This document shows, piece after piece, positions 60,759-64,000 of a stretch of DNA of 64,000 nt. The DNA comes from a virus. The notes below the pieces were generated by a model that was not told where the DNA came from, did no database searches, and saw only the letters and a program-made list of their open reading frames with translations. The stretch spans positions 1 through 64,000 of IMG/VR virus record IMGVR_UViG_3300034524_000181. One strand, given 5' to 3'. The position numbers and the translations under genes are program-made. Numbering within the stretch: position 1 is the first letter of the stretch; each line of letters starts with the position of its first letter.

Positions 60759-60944
60759 TTATTTTGTTTTGTCTTCCCCTGTCAGAATAAAATGGACATA
60801 TGCTTCTTTATCCTTTTCAAGGTAATCTACTAGCTTACTATAGCCTTCTCTTAAAGCAATGCTAGTCACAATCGGGATATCAAACATATTTGTTTCACCT
60901 GAATCTCGAATGGCAAGTATTTGTTTTTTTATGGTTTGGTACAT
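60759..60944 (-). CDS. DUF5049-like small protein
   Basis: IRDSGETNMFD...FILTG. Confidence 0.72.
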   Translation of the reverse strand: MYQTIKKQILAIRDSGETNMFDIPIVTSIALREGYSKLVDYLEKDKEAYVHFILTGEDKTK

Positions 60945-61390
60945 TCATTATCCTCCTCAAAAGAATCCGCTACCGCTTTACGCAGAATCTCCACATCAAA
61001 ACCTGCACTTTTATAGCCGTCTAGAATGGTGCTGTAATAATAACAGCTTGGCTGGCCTAATGGCCTTCCTTCATTCATGATGTAGACCATAGCCTGAACA
61101 GTTTTACCATTCAATCTCACTTTAATGGTTTCTTTACGATATAAAAATGGCCATCCTTCATAGCGGTCAAGAGCCGCTTCATCTGCCGGTGTGATATCCC
61201 AGACTAACACTGGAACACTTTCGCCTTTGAAAGGCTCTATGGTTGCCACTGCTCCCGCGTGTGATCCTCTAAAAAGCAGCCGATAACCTTTTATTATACT
61301 TGCCCCAACTACCTTGGCTGTGGGGCATCTGTTTGCCATTTGCTCCAGATTAAGATTAGAACCATAGGCAAGATATAGTTTGTTACTCAT
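60929..61390 (-). CDS. Gamma-glutamylcyclotransferase
   Basis: YLAYGSNL, LDRYEG. Confidence 0.88.
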   Translation of the reverse strand: MSNKLYLAYGSNLNLEQMANRCPTAKVVGASIIKGYRLLFRGSHAGAVATIEPFKGESVPVLVWDITPADEAALDRYEGWPFLYRKETIKVRLNGKTVQAMVYIMNEGRPLGQPSCYYYSTILDGYKSAGFDVEILRKAVADSFEEDNECTKP

Positions 61391-61427
61391 TGCTTTCCTC
61401 CTTCCTAGTTTAGGGCCTTAGGGCAGC

Positions 61428-62327
61428 TCAAGCCGCCCGAAACCGCCAAGCTGCATAACCTGAAAGCGCTGCTGTTAAATGCTCTCTGCAGTTTTTGAAC
61501 TCTTCTCCTATAAAACCAATACGGTTTAGGTAGGTTCTCATGGCAAACTTTTCATTTTCTACTTGAGGCTTCTTCGCAGAGGCAAATTTTTGTGTTAAAG
61601 CTTGGTTGTTTAAAGCTAAGGCAAGAACAATATAGCTTCTTACCTTGCCTGCGTGCAGCTCGCTGTTAAAGCCTCTTAGCTCAACCGTATGATTCCCAGT
61701 AAAAAAGCTATGTAGATTAAGGAAATGGTATCTACTATTGTGATAATGTGTACCCCTGCTTTCGCTGTAGCCTTCATACCAAATGTCCTCAATCTGTCTC
61801 ATGGTTGTTGGCTTTTTGTGGTTCATCTTCTCAACTAAAATGCTATCCATCTTCTTGCAGTAGCGCATTCGCTCTGGCGCAATCTGTAGTGCTTTATAAA
61901 AAAGATCGTTTTTACTTGCAATAATATTTACAAAGTTTCGGATGCTTCTTGGTGTATGATTGGAGCCATCTAAATGAATGTGAATTCCACAAGAAGTGTT
62001 TGTAAAGGCTCCAGCCTTTCGAAGCTTTCTTACTAGCTCCTGCAAAGTTTCAATGTCCTCCCGGTAGGTTAGGATTGGGCTAACCAGCTCAACGCTATAA
62101 TCTCTACCTGCAGCTACTTTTCTTCTACCTTCTTTTCTTTGGCAGTTGATGCTCCCATCGTACATAAACTTCCACACGCGCCCATCTGGAGCTTTTACCT
62201 TCTTGGTGTCGTAGTAAGTCCCGCCTTCACTGTAATTGCCTTGCAAAAATTCTGCAGCGACCCTGGCTGCTTTTTCTCTTGTAATTCCTGTAAATTCAAT
62301 TTTGATTCCGAATTTTGCGCTTAACAT
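61428..62327 (-). CDS. Amidoligase_2 family protein (first motif Glu replaced by Lys)
   Basis: FGIKIE versus FGIEVE in A; other motifs intact. Confidence 0.85.
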   Translation of the reverse strand: MLSAKFGIKIEFTGITREKAARVAAEFLQGNYSEGGTYYDTKKVKAPDGRVWKFMYDGSINCQRKEGRRKVAAGRDYSVELVSPILTYREDIETLQELVRKLRKAGAFTNTSCGIHIHLDGSNHTPRSIRNFVNIIASKNDLFYKALQIAPERMRYCKKMDSILVEKMNHKKPTTMRQIEDIWYEGYSESRGTHYHNSRYHFLNLHSFFTGNHTVELRGFNSELHAGKVRSYIVLALALNNQALTQKFASAKKPQVENEKFAMRTYLNRIGFIGEEFKNCREHLTAALSGYAAWRFRAA

Positions 62328-62461
62328 CGTACCTCACTCCTTTTAAAGTGTGTTTATCCTTTCGGCATGTACATATATCACTCTAAAAGGCTTAAATAGC
62401 AAGACAATTCTTCAATATAAATCTACATATTTACTGCCATATTGGGCTTAAAAGTGTATGT

Positions 62462-62689
62462 TTACTCTTCGATTTTCTTGTATAAATCCTCTCCAAATAC
62501 CACTCCTAGGGAACTGCCTGAATCCCAACTGACGTGGATGGTACCCATGTCATCAACACTAGTAACCGTACCTTTAGCCCCAGGCTGAAGCTTGGTATAA
62601 GGGTCATTCATTTTAAGTAGCATGACACGAGTTCCTGGAGTGTAATAACTTCTAAGTTGCTTTAGCATTTCTGGGTGAATGATATTCAT
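62462..62689 (-). CDS. DUF4314-like protein
   Basis: GTRV..MNDPY..GTV..VDDMGTIHVSWDSGSSLG. Confidence 0.78.
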   Translation of the reverse strand: MNIIHPEMLKQLRSYYTPGTRVMLLKMNDPYTKLQPGAKGTVTSVDDMGTIHVSWDSGSSLGVVFGEDLYKKIEE

Positions 62690-63477
62690 TATTCACTCAC
62701 CTCCTCATGCTTAGCAGTTCCGCTTTTGAAAGCAGAGCTACCCAACAGTTTGGAGAGAAGAATCTTTCGTTCTGTTTTGTATTCTGGCCCGATAAAGCCA
62801 AGTCTTAGAAGGAAACAACGGAAAGCGTACTTTTCATTCTCCACTGATTTCTCGGTCGAGTTGACGCGGGTCTGCTTCTTTGCCATTTCACAAAGTGCTG
62901 TTACAAAGTGGGTATAAGCCTTAACCTCCTCTGCGGAGCACTCACTCTGGAACCAAGGGAAGGTTATAAATTCCTCATTTATGATAATGGGAATAGAATC
63001 AGTATCAAGTGCTTTCTTTATAAGGGTTTCTTTGCTTTCTACCAATCCTTTTAGGTTACCAAGTGCAGTTTCGCTAAAACCCTCCCTCGGCATTTGAATA
63101 ATCAAACTAATAGCTTCTTCGGTTTCATTTGATTCGCTGTATACGGGAGATTCTTCGTAATCATTATATGGGCTTACCCTTCCACCAAGAGCCGCTTCAT
63201 AGGGAATTTGAATATTTTCAGGAACAAGCTCTGCTTTTGGAAGTGGTGTGTCATATTCTTCCGTAGCTGCCTTGAAGTCATGAAAGCTTAATAGAGCATC
63301 AACCAGTTCAGAATTATCTGGTCCTCTGACTACTCCATTTTTGTCAATATTGTAGTCTGCCACCTCATATGCAAATGTAGGTGCTCCAAGATATCTTACA
63401 GGAGCATTCAGTTTTTGGCTGATTGCGTTGACTAACTCTTTTCTTTTTGCTCCTGTGACATTATAGTTTATCTGCAT
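62689..63477 (-). CDS. Phage 'virulence-related' conserved hypothetical protein
   Basis: YLGAPTFAY, NEKYAFRCFLLRLGFIG. Confidence 0.7.
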   Translation of the reverse strand: MQINYNVTGAKRKELVNAISQKLNAPVRYLGAPTFAYEVADYNIDKNGVVRGPDNSELVDALLSFHDFKAATEEYDTPLPKAELVPENIQIPYEAALGGRVSPYNDYEESPVYSESNETEEAISLIIQMPREGFSETALGNLKGLVESKETLIKKALDTDSIPIIINEEFITFPWFQSECSAEEVKAYTHFVTALCEMAKKQTRVNSTEKSVENEKYAFRCFLLRLGFIGPEYKTERKILLSKLLGSSAFKSGTAKHEEVSE

Positions 63478-63577
63478 TTTTATACCGCCTTTCTATTTTC
63501 GGTACATACATATATCACTCTAAAGGCTGTTAATATCAAGTCATTTAGGGCATCTTTCTGTAGAAAATACTGTTCCA

Positions 63578-64000
63578 TTAATCGGCGGTATTCCGTGCAG
63601 ATAACACAATGCCAGTCAGCACAAAACAGACGCATGGAAGTGCTACACCATTACCCCACATTTTGTACTCAGCTGAATCGGAATGGGGGTTGTTAAGCCA
63701 TTTTATAATTTGCTTTCTTGTTTTTGGCTTGCTGCTTTTACCTATGATTTTGCGATGGGTTTCCCAAACCTCCGTCCAGAATGAAATTTCATCTTCTGTA
63801 GGATTTTCCGTCCCAAGGTCATCACACCAATCATCAGGAAAGCCTTGTAATCTTGCACATTCCGTTGGTGTAAGCCTTCGAACAATATAGTCTGGTTCAA
63901 CCAATCCATTTTGGTATCCTGAATTAGTTCCATTGATTATCGTATTTGAAGTACCGTCCTGCCTGTAGTATTGACTTTCAGTTTTCATCTGAGGATAAAA
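63578..64000 (-). CDS. DNA (cytosine-5) methyltransferase, C-terminal part
   Basis: RRLTPTECARLQGFP (motif IX), GNGVA (motif X). Confidence 0.85.
   Translation of the reverse strand, partial: FYPQMKTESQYYRQDGTSNTIINGTNSGYQNGLVEPDYIVRRLTPTECARLQGFPDDWCDDLGTENPTEDEISFWTEVWETHRKIIGKSSKPKTRKQIIKWLNNPHSDSAEYKMWGNGVALPCVCFVLTGIVLSARNTAD

Larger units (their letters stand above)
32358..64000 (-). mobile_element. Prophage B (relative of A) with serine-recombinase module; continues right of the window
   Basis: Packaging-head-tail-lysis-recombinase-cargo order ending at an rlmD-type att site. Confidence 0.92.

Noticed and set aside
1184-63933. Numerous plus-strand and nested ORFs in the track (e.g. 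8550-9188, 14019-14747, 33955-34713)
   Set aside because: Antisense shadows of well-supported genes with no recognisable motifs
1-64000. Prophage B as a direct duplication of A, or a DGR template/variable pair
   Set aside because: Extensive synonymous divergence, different gene content and no reverse transcriptase in the window

Overview
Low-GC Firmicute (Clostridia-like) chromosomal window with two related, co-oriented (minus-strand) HK97-type siphoprophages in tandem; both look defective. Prophage A (1-~27771) runs from tail, head and packaging genes through an amidoligase module, two ParB-methylases, a primase-helicase and a PolA-type DNA polymerase. It is cut mid-gene and fused to a plus-strand host-type segment: a truncated ilvB with a nonsense codon, a leader-peptide-preceded corA and an orphan TRAP-type attenuator. 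An ISL3 element without target duplication and a type III Res remnant follow. Next is a dense cluster of rlmD(rumA)-derived attachment half-sites (32195-32457) marking the end of prophage B (~32358-64000+). Prophage B carries AT-rich cargo, a three-gene serine-recombinase module, lysis genes, a GH18 tail enzyme and structural genes, with an amber-interrupted capsid gene. Its SEC-C cargo gene is split by a transposase-free 3-kb insertion holding a complete promoter / NiCo(czcD) riboswitch / P-type ATPase / terminator unit. The most notable signals are an MgtL-like leader with an apparent translational-attenuation switch on corA, the multi-allele rlmD half-site array, the self-contained riboswitch-ATPase cassette, and a split tail carbohydrate-binding domain with two paralogous completing halves. 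All family calls come from motif recognition by eye; no database searches were run.
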